From Felis catus (lineage: Eukaryota), in NCBI RefSeq assembly GCF_018350175.1, contig NC_058368.1, positions 113,152,001-113,216,000 of the forward strand: a DNA stretch of 64,000 bases, read 5' to 3'. A program made the translations under genes and the position numbers. Below are positions 12,414 through 24,720 of the stretch, piece by piece (position 1 is the first letter of the stretch; every line of letters starts with the position of its first letter). The notes below the pieces were generated by a model. It worked only from the letters and a program-made list of their open reading frames with translations, searched no databases and was not told where the DNA came from.

Positions 12414-12581
12414 TGCGAACAAGTGGGAGGGGCAGAGGGAGAAGGGGAAAGAGAATTCCAAGTGGGCTCCAAGCTGTCAGTGCAGAGCCTGACATGGGGC
12501 TCAATCTCACGGCTGTGAGATCATGATCTAAGCAGAAATCAAGAGTCAGACGCTTCACCAAATGAGCCACCTGTGCACCCC
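12414..12581 (-). mobile_element. Older CanSINE lacking its CT/A tail
   Basis: Head GGGGTGCACAGGTGGCTCATTTGGTGAAGCGTCTGACTCTTG on minus; TSD TGAGCTTGTCA at 12403-12413 and 12582-12592. Confidence 0.9.
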
Positions 12582-14494
12582 TGAGCTTGTCACTCTTGAG
12601 GTGAAGGAGAGACGGCTTCCCTTCTTGAGTCCCATTTTAGAAATGCCACCTAAAAAAGCAAGCTGATCACTTTTCCAACTAATCATGTTTACCTATGAAT
12701 CAAAGTGAAGATCAGTGTCGAAAGAGAGATCATTAATTTGAAGGAAAATCAGTGTCTTCCTCACTAGCTTCTGCTTAGGAAGGTTACACAAACCCCACAG
12801 AAGATTCCATTCAGGAGTATCTGTGTGCTCTTATCACAGATGTCAGATACCAGTCATGGAGCCACGAATGCCACCTGTTTAATGTTTCTAAATGAGAATG
12901 AACTTTCTCATCCAAGTCCTCTGTCATGCAGAGCTGGAGGAGTAGAAAAACTTGCTGTAGAATGTTTTCCTAATGGTTTTAACTAGCAGCTGGCTTTTGG
13001 AATCCTCTGGTATGCACCTTAACCTCTCTGCTTTCAGTTCGAAAGTCATTCCTTGTACAAAGCATTTGCTGATTTCTTTTGTTAGCTAACTATTTAAGTT
13101 GGCCCCATGACTGTTGGCTCTCAAGGGCTGAAAACCACTCTAACAATCCTGTTTCTCAGCTCATCTACTTTTAATCTAAATTCTTAGAATGTATTTTTAG
13201 AACAAGTATGCTTAGAAGTAGGTTTTGACATTTTCAATTATTGAAATTTGGAGCCTTTTTTTCTGTATCAAATGCACAATGGCAGAATGCACCCTTAATT
13301 TCGAGAAGACTCATTAAAAACTTCCATCTTGATACATAATTAACCAGAGTCAAAGTGGTCATGATTAGTCAAGCCTCACAATTAAAATCCTCAGTTTGAT
13401 GAACTTTTGAAATAAAATGCCATTATCATCTAAAACCTCAATCATCTATGATAATGAAGCTCTCAATTAATTCTTTTGTTCTTCCCAAAAAGATTAATAA
13501 TGCTAGTTCATATTTTTTTAAGTATCAACATCTGCAAGAGGCATACCATATAAACCATATGTAACTAATCTCTTCCAAAGGGAGCAAGAAACAGATTTAG
13601 GCATGTGTTTTATGGACAGCTAGTATTTCCCTATAATAATTGTTCATGCTAATTATCTTTCTTGGATTGATTATGTTTGCAATAAATTATTATCTTTATG
13701 ATTATTGCCAGATTCAGGAAAATGTTCAAGAAGTAAATGGTGGTTAGTCTAAATGACCTTGCACAGAGTTAGTGTTTCATATAAATGCCACATTAAGTGG
13801 ATAATTGCTGTGATCTGATCCTCACCCTTAATAACTCCTTCTGGTCCAGCTGCTGCTTAAAAAATCTTGAGCACCAGAGCTGAACCCGGAAGTATTAAGA
13901 CTACATTGGAATCTACTGGGTAAGTCCTTAAGGTTATATGGAATATTGTCCTGCACATGATTACAACTTTAAGTGACTACTTGTGACCATGGTGATGGCC
14001 TTTACTTGATGCAAAGTAGTGATTTATCATGGGAGCCAAGGACAGATTGATGCTTCATCTGCCTATAAGACCCATGACGAAAACTGGTAGCCTAAGCCAG
14101 TGTCTGATCATCTCTCTATACAAATTCTCCTAATGTTCATAGTCTTCATGGTCAAGACGATTTTCCTTTATAATTTAAATTTATTTTTCGTCATGTTTAT
14201 CTTTAGCTGCAAAAATAAGTAGGAACTGGGTGCTCATTCTGTATTAATCGCTGATGGACCATTAATTGTTGATGGACAATTTATAGAGAAGATTCACATG
14301 GCTGACGGTATATATGGATGACCTACCACATGCAGGCCCCTGCAGGTGGCTTCTTTTGTTCTTGCTGAGGAATCACCTCCTGAAGTCATCAAGTACAAAT
14401 GGGGTATCTGCTAAATGTCTAACTTTAAGCACATCGAGCCTAGAATCCTTATATTTCTCAGATCTTACTTTTTGTCCCTAATAGAGCCACCACC

Positions 14495-15560
14495 ATAGCA
14501 TCATTCAACAAATATATGAGCCATGAGTTATGCTAAACCCTGCAGAACATAGCTCTGAATAAGGCTTCCATTTCCCCATTTCCCCTGAGCAGTCTTCTGA
14601 GGGATATCAAATAGAAAATGACCAAAAAAAAAAAAAAGGTAATAACAGTACAGGTGTGGGAGGTACATGGAACTTGAGGATCACAGAGAGGTGCCCCTAG
14701 TCTAGCAGAGGGTGAGAGAAGAGTGCCTGGTTGAACTGACATCAAAGTCAAGTTTTGGACAGTGAACAGCCATTAACAGACTTTGGGGTGAGCTGGGTGA
14801 GGGCTGGGAAGGCACGAGCAGAGTCTTGTTAAAAACACAAAATTCAGCTGAGTAAATTAGTTTTGACAAATGCGGTTTTAAACTCAGCTGAAGATCTAAT
14901 TGGCTTTATTAAACAATGCATAAATCAGGGAGCACCCCATCTAGCAAGTAGCAGGACTTTGCTGAACTAAACAAAAGAAAGGTTGTTAAAGACTGTGGGG
15001 GGGGGGGTCATTAAAAAAAAGGAGAAGAAAGGGATCTGTTAGCAAGGAGAGCATCATTTGGGCAAGGTGGCCCTCCTGATGGGAACGGAAGCAGTCTATC
15101 AGTACATTTCCTAGTACTGACAGGAAATTCTGTGTTGACTGGTTCGTTCCATTCCTGGGAGGGTGAAACCGCAGTTACCTTGGATTTTAAGTCTTGGTTT
15201 ATGGACTTGGCCTAAGTGACACCATCTGGGGTCTGTGGTTGTCTTTTGAACAGCCTGTTGTAGGTTCTAGAAAGTGGAAGCACATGTATAAACTCTGCAG
15301 GCGAGGAAGAGCATAGAATACCTTAAAAACAGTGATGGAAATCAGTGTAGTATGGCTGGAATATAAAGTACAGCTCCTACCTGAGCCCATAGAGATAGAG
15401 GTTCGGCTTCCAACCTGCAGGCGAAGGAGAACCATCGCAGAGTGTTGGGAGGGGAGAGGCGTGATCAGGTAGGCATCTTAGAAAACCTACTCTGAGAGCA
15501 ATAGCGCTATGATTGAAGGAGGACAGGAGGGCCATAAAGATGCTGGGCATACAATCTAGG
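14495..15560 (-). mobile_element. L2 3' fragment split by a solo LTR
   Basis: CATTCAACAAATATATGAG (reverse-complemented L2 3' end) and purine-rich L2-like text on both sides of the LTR. Confidence 0.6.
14827..15252 (-). mobile_element. ERV1-class solo LTR (MER31/MER101-like)
   Basis: TGTTAAAAA...TTTTGAACA termini; 4-bp TSD GTCT/GCCT; minus-strand AATAAA near 14905. Confidence 0.8.
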
Positions 15561-16899
15561 ACTAAGAATGGAGGCCGCCCCAAACACTTGCTTTTTTCCA
15601 TGTCCCCTGCAAGTAAAAGCCCCTTTGGGAACCGCATCAACAATTTAAGGGTGTTTTCAGTTATTCTGGAGCAATACTGTAATCTCCTTCATAAGAGAAA
15701 AATGCTATTTGCCATCACTGAAAAACGCTCAATTGGTAGTTCTCTGGGAGAAACTATTCAGTTTGCTAAAATTTAAATACCCACAGAGTAAAAACAAAAG
15801 CAGCTAATAAGAAATGTGTCATTGAAATTGAACAGAAGCTAGAGAAGTCCCATTTCTTGTTCTTTTTATCTTTTCAAAAGCATGGCTCCACAGCAATTTA
15901 CCCATGTTATCATTCATCCTTTGTATCATTAGCATTTGGGAAAATGCCTGAAACTGTCACCATGAGACAAGCAACATGTAGAAACTAAAAATGCAGTTTG
16001 GGGAAATTAGAAAATAAAACTCTGAAGGAAGAGGATTGAATGTTTCATTAAACGTAAAGATGATGCTAAAAATAAAATCCTTCCTGGCTTCAAGAGTTGT
16101 TGGCTACTGAAATGTCAAAATCAATTAGGCCTTTTTTTTTTTTTTTTTTTTTTTTTGCATGCTCTGTGGTGCAAAACCAATTACTGTGACAGTCCCTGTC
16201 CTCAGGACACAGAGACCACAGATGTGGGAGATGAAACAAGGGCCAATCTTGAGCCAAACATTTATTAAAGCAAGTACCAGTTTTAAAAAGTTGTTCATTC
16301 ATTGGTTGTTATTCATTCACTCACTCATGCCAGTCCACACTTTCATAAGGCAGGGGGCATGGGAGAAGTGCCAGGGGAACTGGGTGTGGGTCATGTCCAT
16401 TGTAGGCTTGTTTGGCTCCAGGGGAAGTGTTAAGTCATGGCCTTAAATGGCCAAAACAAAGTGGAAAGTACTGTTGATAGACACTGCTTTTGGTGCAAGT
16501 GGGTGAGGATCAGAAGGGGAGTAGTGACCAGAGGGAGAAAAACAATAGACTAGGCACTGTATTTCGTGTATATAGGTGTTAGCTTAAAAATAGGTCTCAT
16601 GTGGCAGGGACTGTAATCACTCATCTTTTAACATGAGGGAAATAAGACTTAGAAAAATTTAATAGTTCACTGGTCCTGGGATATTGGTTACTGTTGGCAC
16701 CTGTTGGACTTCATAGCACATCATTTTATTTCTAGTCTATTCTGAATTATAAGTTTGGTTTCATGATTTTGCAAACTTCACTCGGTAAAGGAACCACGTA
16801 TATACTCTTCAAATAGTAAGACAGAGGGCAAGAAGCATGGAGCTGAAGAGTCCTGGGCATCTCCTTTGGTGTGGTACCAGGATAATCAGTCCAGATAAT

Positions 16900-18200
16900 G
16901 GGGCTCTGGGATTTCAGGATTTCCAGATGCCAGAGAAGGCTTCCAGAAGAGATGGGGGCAGAGCTGGACCTTGAAAGTGGGACCTGGGCAAAAGGGAGAT
17001 AAAGGGAATCCTCAGAAGGGAAGAAAGCTGAGAAAATTAAACCATTTCTACATTTCCCAGTAGGGTGACGTTGATTCCAGTTCAGATAACTCAGCAGAGA
17101 CCTCTCTGTACCAATGTCTGAGTTGAGGGGAGGAGACCATGAAGTAACCCCATGAAGACTGCACAGCAGAGACGATCTAGGATGTGGGGGTTGGAAGAGA
17201 CATATTTTAGAGAAGCAGTCAGTGGTAGACAAGGAAAGGCTGAGCTTCTCCCTTAGTCCCCACTTGCCCCTTTCCAGTTAAGGATATGCACAGTGGAAAT
17301 TTTCTTAGTTTTGACAAATGGAATTTTAAACTTTTCTCTAGCCCCACCTGATTTCCAATCAGAATGCATTCCTGAACCCTGCTTAGAGCCAACCCTTCAG
17401 AGAAGGGTAAGTTAGGAGCAAGATGATTGCGGTTATTAGCGTATATCACTGATTTTCTGACTGTTGCTGTTTCCTCCTATGTTTTAGATTTATCTACTGG
17501 TTTATAGGTTTTCTTCTGTCCCTGGTTGAACATACTAATGAACCCTTTCAGCTATGGAGAGTTCCTTTCTATCTAAACATGGTGATCTCCAGTGAGGGTT
17601 AGAGCAGTTGGAGAAATGATCAATTGTTGGAGCTAGAACATAGGATTTGGAGACTTTGGATACGTTCCGGACATTGAGTTTAGTCATAGCTGAGAAATAG
17701 GAACAAATTTATTTTTATGAGAATGGGAGATGGGCGAGAAATTATTCTAGTTCCTCATCTTATTTACAGGAAAGCCAGCTGGAGGCAGGGGTATGAGGGA
17801 TGTCCTACACAAATCAGTGATGTGTAGACAGAGACAGGAGGGAACAGTTTGGGTTCTGTCAGTAGCCCTTCACTTCCTCATTGGAAGTTTGACTCGATGA
17901 TGCGTGGCTCAGACCTCATAAGCAGATGACTGATAAATGGATAGAATTCTAAAGAGCTCAACTATGTCTGTAATGGTGGTAACTCAGTTGAAATGGCCCT
18001 ATTGTTTATAGGTGGAGTGAACTATTGAGATCGAAGACCATTGACACATAAAATGTAGAGAAAGGAAATACGTACAATGGAAGCTGACAGCCCCCAATGT
18101 GCCTTGGGGCAGCAGAAAATTTCTATAGTCCTTCACTTCAATGCTGGGACAGTGAGGATAGTGAATTTTTGTTGGGAAGGTAGGAATCTATGCTTTGTCC
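16900..18200 (+). mobile_element. Possible ancient CR1/L3 LINE remnant
   Basis: Weak: GACAAGGAAAGGCTGAGCTTCTC near 17228 resembles the CR1 ORF2 DxEKAELLN segment, within a degenerate purine-rich tract. Confidence 0.3.
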
Positions 18201-18599
18201 CACTATGATCTTTTGACATCTTATATGTCTGCTTGGTCAATGAAGTTTCTTTTTGAGATACCCATGGTCTCTGTGACAGCTTTGTTCAAGCCTTGCAGTC
18301 ATTCAGTCCGCCACACTCCCACCCAAGAGCAGTGTGACTCCACTTGGGACAATAGGAATTACTGCCTGGGTAAATCTTCAAGAACGATCTCAATTGAGCT
18401 GGTACATAATACAGAGTAAGTGTGAAATAATTCTGGTTGAACTAATAGAATATTGCCCCACGGAGCAGGGACAGAAAGTAAAAATAAAATCTCTCAATGG
18501 CAAACACTTGGCAGGAGGGTGAGGATCATGCTTTCCTTATTCTCAAGTTATAAAATATATGCGTCATGCAAAATAAGTCAGTGGCACAGTTCTGTTCTT

Positions 18600-19133
18600 T
18601 TTTTTTTTTTTTAATGTAATTTATTGTCAAATTGTTTTCCATACTGTTACGGAACCAGGCCAGAACGCTGGCGGAAAAACCAAGCAGCACTTGGACATCT
18701 TGGTGGATTGGAGATTTATTAAACACCAGCGGGCTCAGAGGAGACCGTTTCTTCAAAGATCTGAGCCCCGAATGTAAGTGGGAAGGGTAATTTATAGTTG
18801 TCAGCCTCCATATCTGTGGGGGGAGGGTTTCGTGCGCCAGGCAAACAGGGCAAGAACTTGAACCTGGAAGAGGGGTTTCTAAGCCAGAGACCAGAGCTTG
18901 TTTTAGGCCCATTGGCCATCTTTGGCGCATTACTTTATTCATTTCTCCAACAATACAACACCCAGTGTTCATCCCAACAAGTGCCTTCCTTGGTGCCCAT
19001 CACCCACTTTCTCATCTCCTCCATCCCCCATCAACCTTCAGTTTATTTTCAGTATCCAAGAGTCTTATGGTTTGCCTCCCTCCCTCTCTGTAGCTTTTTT
19101 CCCCCTCTTCCCCTCCCCCATGGTCTTCTGTTA
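18600..19133 (-). mobile_element. 5'-truncated feline L1 3' end interrupted by a solo LTR
   Basis: Poly-T, then TTATTGTCAAATTGTTTTCCATAC...ACAACACCCAGTG...; TSD AGTTCTGTTCTT at 18588-18599 and 19134-19145. Confidence 0.93.
18645..18952 (-). mobile_element. Young ERV1-class solo LTR (308 bp)
   Basis: TGTT...AACA termini; perfect 4-bp TSD ATAC (18641-18644, 18953-18956); minus-strand CCAAT (18911-18915), TATAAA (18791-18796) and AATAAA (18715-18720). Confidence 0.92.
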
Positions 19134-19799
19134 AGTTCTGTTCTTGAGGAGCTAATCATCTCTCCAAAAGTTCACATATAGCTATATTTTGATATATTAA
19201 AAAATATATTTTGATATATTAAAAAAATATTATATTAGAGTGGCCTAGTGACCTTTGCTTTTTAGCCCTTATGTTATTCTTCCTTTAGTCTTTTTGATCA
19301 AGTCAATGGAGGCTTAGGACAGAGTGAGAGATACAATGGTGATTAGGAGAAAAGAGAAGGAAAATGATGAAACACATTTAGGGATTCAGTGGAAATTATC
19401 AACTAGATTTGGAGGAAAGATTAATTACTGTTATTCTGTTTAATGTAATTACTCCTCCATACCACTATGACTCGGAAATCAAATAAAATGTAAGTGAATG
19501 AAACATAATCAAATATGTTTCTTTGAAATGTACTTTATACACAATTAGCACAAATTCTTGAACCGTCACTTTGTTGAGAAGGATCCACATATTCAGTAAT
19601 TGCTTTGATACAACTGAATAACTATTAAATTTTTCTAAGTTAATTCTCTACCTTACATTATCTTATTAAAACAATCTAAAAGTACTTAAAGAGCTAAAAG
19701 TACTTAAAGAAAACATAGTTAATGTATTACAAACAGAGGACAGAGTTGGTCTTTCCAGTTGTGATTCCAAAGAAAGAACCCACCAAAGAAATGGGGAGG

Positions 19800-20760
19800 G
19801 AGGAGATAGGACTGCTTACAATACATTATTACTAAGCCTTCTCCACACAAAAGATACAGTAAATAAAACTAAAAGGAAAATTATAAAAGCTGGAAAAAAA
19901 CAGTTGCAACATATGACAAAAGGCAGATTGGGGGAAAAGAGTTTTAAAAAGAAATTCACACAGCCAACAACTGTACACAAAGGGTTCAACTCCACTAGTA
20001 GTAATGCCAAAGATATAGCATAACAGAAAAGATTTAAAAAGTAAAAATGCTAAGAGAAATAGATTCTTTTAGTCGCTGATGGTGGGAAACAACCTTTCTG
20101 AATCACGATTTAGAAGCACCTTTCAAATTTGGATGTATCTTTGACCTAGCAATTGCACACTTAGGAATTTACATACGGGATAATTTTAAAAAATAGATAA
20201 TAGCTAATGCCTACTGCATATTTACGACATTGGTGACCCCGTTCCAAGCAAGTTACCTGGTACGTCCCATTTAATTTTCCCAACAGTCCCGTGAGACCAG
20301 GACTATGTCCTGTTTATCGTTTGAGGAAAGAATCATCCAGCTAGTAGATAATTAGCAAATGAAATACTTTCTTCCGATTAAGTATTATTTTAAGTATTTA
20401 AAAAAAGTTGAAACAGCTTAAAATTCTAAGAGAGGGATTTGTTAAATTATGTAACAATTATATAATGAATTCAGCCACCTTGACATTGGAAAGAACGGTT
20501 TAGGTTATTTTTGACATTCAGAGATGACTATTATGTATAAAGTATGAGAAATAGATTACAAGAGAGTATATAATGATCTCATTATTGTTTAAAAATAGGT
20601 ATCTGAATATTTTCCTGTATATACAAATACGTTTTTAAAAGTCTTAAAGGTTAAATCAAAATAGTAATAGAATTTATGTCTGAAGGGTGAAATTGTGTAT
20701 AGCATATATTTTCTTCTTTTTGTTATTTGCTTCTTATTTTTTCTACATTGAACACATTTT
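19800..20760 (+). mobile_element. Old L1 (L1ME-like) ORF2 end/3'UTR fragments, with a MIR piece near 20200-20350
   Basis: CTTTGACCTAGCAATTGCACACTTAGGAATTTAC and A-rich degenerate L1 3' text. Confidence 0.65.
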
Positions 20761-21080
20761 TACTTGATTCATATATAAGGTTGTGCCTCACCCTGAAATC
20801 TTAAAAAAAAAAACAAACACTAAGTAGTTAATAGTTGCTAATTTTTATCTCGAGTGGAAAATTGAAGACACGAGGGTAGTGCTCTCAGTGGACAATAAAA
20901 CAAAGTAGGCTCAGGAGAACTAGGTTTCACTTTGACTTTCTAAAGATTTTCTTGACTAGCAGTGAGTAAAAATTGAATTACACAGCAGAGGTAGATTGTA
21001 GAGTTACGTGGCTTCATAAAGAGCAAAAGGAGACGCTCTGAAACTGAATTGCTCATTTACTCAAGTGCCTCCATCTAGAA

Positions 21081-21829
21081 CAAAGATTCTAAACTTAGGG
21101 CACAGCGGGTTCCTGAATGCAATTAAGGGAGTCCATGAACTTGAGCAGAAGGAAACTGCATCTTAATTTTCATTAATGTCTAGCTACAAATTTGAATTTC
21201 TTCAATTGTAAATGTAGGCAACAAATCACCTATGACTCTAGCAGCAACTATGACTTTGTCCCCAATAGAAAGCCCATATATTTTCATGTCATATTATAGG
21301 TATTTATGTTATATTTACATTTGTTATTACGTTGAAGTTGTGACAGTTGATTTGCTCCTGAGTCTTATTAATAAATGCAATGATGAAGAAGCATACATAT
21401 TGTCATATCATATGTTGTTTTTTAAAAATGTTAACCAGATTTCAACATCATGGTTTCCTTGGGAGTCCTATGTCTTAATCTTATGTGTTTAAAAACATGA
21501 TTCTGAGGGGCACCTGGGTGGTCAGTCGGTAGAGCGTCTGACTCTTGGTTTTGGCTCAGGTCGTGGTCTCACAGTTTGTGGGTTCAAGCCCCCCATCGGA
21601 CTCTGTAGCTGGCAGCATGAAGTCTGCTTCGGATTCTCTCTCTCTTTCCCTCCTGTCTCTCTCTCTCTCTCTCTCTGTCCCTTCCCTGCTCAAGCTGTCT
21701 CTGTCTCTCTCAAAAAAATAAATACATAAACATAAAAAAATTCAAACACATTGGATCTGGGAAGGGATCAATAGACTTCATCGGAATGCTAAGAGCCCGT
21801 GGCACTGGATAGGATGCTAAGAGCCCGTG
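21081..21829 (+). mobile_element. Charlie4a-like hAT DNA transposon split by a SINE
   Basis: GGAGTCCATGAACTTG, TTCAATTGTAAATGTAGGCAACAAA, GACTTTGTCCCCAATAGAAA, AAAAACATGATTCTGA|...GAAGGGATCAATAGACTTCA match the Charlie4a consensus as remembered. Confidence 0.8.
21507..21740 (+). mobile_element. Older CanSINE
   Basis: GGGGCACCTGGGTGGTCAGTCGGTAGAGCGTCTGACTCTTGG, CT tract and A-tail. Confidence 0.93.
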
Positions 21830-22576
21830 CCCCTGACGCACAATGCGTGGATCAGACAGGTACAGTCAGGCAGAAGACACGTCTGGTCCTCTCACATGCT
21901 CCATGACGCCTCTTGCCTTGGGGCTAAAAGATGGTTGGAGAGCTTCAGATTTCAAGGTGCAAGGACAGCGGTGGCACGCAGTAGGGACTTTAATACAGGT
22001 CTCTTCTTCATTCCCTTTCCTAATCCTCCTCTTTGAGAAGTCAGTGGCCATGCCTGCCTACAAGTCAGTCAAAAAATAAGTAGTAATTGACTATTTTTTT
22101 AATGGCCATCTGTTTAACTGTATTTAATGAGGCTTTCGTTCAATTGACATATGTATAAACAGATTAGCCACTCAAAACCCGCTAAGCACGCACCAGTATG
22201 AACCCACAGCGCGGGCGTTGGAGACACAAACTGCTGGCTCCTGTCGTCAAGGGGAGCACTGCCTGACGGGAGAGAGGAGGTGCGTGCCCACCATTTTCTG
22301 TTGTTTTCATCTCTGTGCTTGCTGGCCTACTTTTTTCTTTGCACAAGTTTGGCTTATTTTTGTAGTGGTCTTGTGAAAACACAACATTAGCAAAAACGTG
22401 GTAACCACTCTCTCCCACCTCCTATTGGAGTTTGTTTTTCCTCGTCCTCACCCTGTTATGTTCCCACAGTGGCCACAGAGCAACACGGATCAGGCCTGCA
22501 AACTGCCGATTGCTGATAGATGGAGGTAGCCTGCCTTCTAATTTGCAACGTGCCTTCACATCCATTGACTTCTGCC

Positions 22577-22750
22577 AGCGTTTCTCAAAGTGTGACCCAA
22601 GAAACAGAGATAGCTAAAGAGTAAATCCTTGGGGCTGGCCCCAAACTGCTGAGTTGGAAAATGTGAGACTGGACCCCAGACACCTGAATTATAAACAAAT
22701 AGTGTCTCTTGCCTTTTTTGGCCCACTTCTCCAGTGATTCTTCGGCACGT
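22577..22750. mobile_element. MER5-like hAT MITE remnant
   Basis: CAGCGTTTCTCAAAGTGTG terminus and CTCCAGTGATTCTT-type internal motif. Confidence 0.5.
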
Positions 22751-23135
22751 GGAAATGTAAGAACTGCCACCGTACGTGATCGTCACAAAACTCCTATAAA
22801 GTAGTGAGCCAAACGGCATCAGCCCATTTCAGAAATTAGGGCAGTGAACGTCGAAGAAGTTGAGTGGTTTTGTTTCAGATGATGCATTGGTATTGTGGCA
22901 GCTGGTTAGGGTGTGGTCCAGAGAGGCAGAGCGGGCAGCAAGGAGGCGCACAAGAGAATTGCTGTCAGCCAGGAGCTTGAGGCACAGGATGGAAAGTACA
23001 GTGTGGGCATGGGAAGACTGAGCTTGGGACAGAAACGTCCCTTCAGGAGAGTTCGCACTTCAGCAGCTAATCGTGGCAAGAGGCAGCCAGGGCCTCTGCA
23101 AGGGGGAGGGTATTGGGTACGAGAAGGGGAAAGTA

Positions 23136-23666
23136 ATTCATTCCCATCGTTGGCAGGTTCCATGTTTGCAAATTCACCTGCTTGCTCAAATGTACTTTGT
23201 AATCCCCAAATCAATACTTAAGGTGCATTTGCTGATATTCATAGATATGCACAGAGCCGTGAACAATAGTGCTCTGGGGTGTTTTGGTTTTGTTTTTGTT
23301 TTTGTGTCCTTTCTTAGTGATTTTGCTGTTGAAAATGGCTCCCAAGTGTTCCTGAGTGCAAGAGGGCTGTGGTATGCCTCATGGAGAAAATACGAGTGTT
23401 AGAATAAGCTTCATTCAGGCATGAGTCATAGTGCTGTTGGCTGTGAGTTCTATGGTAATGAACCACCAAAGTGCGTTAAATAAGGTGTTTTAAGATGGGA
23501 GCAAACACAGGGTTCTGTATCGATCAGCTGATGAAACTGTGATTAAGGAAGGACTCATAGGAACCTAATCCTGTGTTTCCCTAGGAGCCGTGGTTCAGAG
23601 TCTACTAATTTACTGTACTTGGTGACTTCATAGAATATAGCTACCAGGAATAACAAGAATCAACTT
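23136..23666 (+). mobile_element. MER82 (TcMar-Tigger) DNA transposon
   Basis: TTTGCAAATTCACCTGCTTGCTCAAATGTACTTTGTAATCCCCAAATCAATACT; GGAGAAAATACGAGTGTTAGAATAAGCTTCATTCAGGCATGAGTCATAGTGCTGTTGGC (HTH remnant); GAATAACAAGAATCAACT terminus; TA on both flanks. Confidence 0.85.
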
Positions 23667-23899
23667 TAATTACTGGGGCAACATCAGGTGGTATCTCCTG
23701 GGTGTCAGAGACTCTGTGCTTTGGTGTAAGCGCCATAATCCTCATCCCACCTGCAGTGTGTTTGCCATGGTCTACATGGCAGGGATTAGGATACAGACTC
23801 AGAATTGAGTTGATCCAAGCTCCCTAAATGAAGAAATGACAAACGCTACTTTGCCATAGACATTTCAGAGTCAGAACCATCAAAAGAGTTTTACTTACT

Positions 23900-24720
23900 A
23901 TTGGGATGGGTGGGCAAGGAAGCCGGGAGAGCCCCACTGACCAGGAAGCTGGTGATGCTGCTAGAGAAAACTATAGGCTAACATTTTTGGTGGAAAAGCA
24001 GGACTTGATTTGGGGTGTAGATTTGGAAATCACTCACGAAGATGCATTTATAGTCATGGGAGAGAGTGAGACACAACCCCCAAGCCCTAGAAGAGACAGA
24101 ATTTGAAAAACTTTCTATTTCAAGGAAGAAGGGGGAGCAAAGAAACTAAGACAGAGAAAAAAAAAAAAGAAAAAAAGAAAAAAAAAGCAGGGACAGACTA
24201 GGAGATTAGGAAGCAAAAAATGGATTTTCCAAAAATGCAAACAGGAGATGGCCCGTGGTGTGAGACACTCAGAAAGGTCAGGTGGGATGAAGGCTGAGAA
24301 AAGGTCACTGCGTTTGCTGATGGAATGTCACTAGTGACCTTTGGGAGAGCAGTTGACGGTGGGGACAGAGGATAGGGAAGTAGTGAGTAGGTCTGAGGCA
24401 ACAGAGGCCGCTGAGCAGGACCACTCTCTACCGGGTGCAAGTCTCCAGAGGAGGAGATGGAGGGAGAACTTTTTTGAGCGGAGACGGGAACCACCTTGGA
24501 GACAAGGAAGTGGAGTCCAGGGAAAATGGAAAGGCAAGGGGAAGTGTCATTTTGAAAACGGAAGGGAATAGGAGGGGAAGAATAAGCAGATGTGTCCTTT
24601 GCAAAGAAAGGGAGACACTTCCTCTTCCTGAGGCTGCATGCAGCTTGCATGTGCTGAGGCCCGTGGAGACAGAAATTGCAAGCTTTTAGGCTGAGATCTA
24701 GGCTGCAAGAATACACTGCA
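23900..24720 (-). mobile_element. L2 LINE ORF2 (RT) fragment
   Basis: Minus-strand peptide STALPKVTSDIPSANAVTFSQ resembles the L2 RT segment STETALxKVTNDLL. Confidence 0.75.

Noticed and set aside
21786..21829. Direct repeat-spacer-repeat resembling a CRISPR unit
   Set aside because: Only two 16-bp copies, at a hAT transposon end in mammalian DNA; no array or cas genes.
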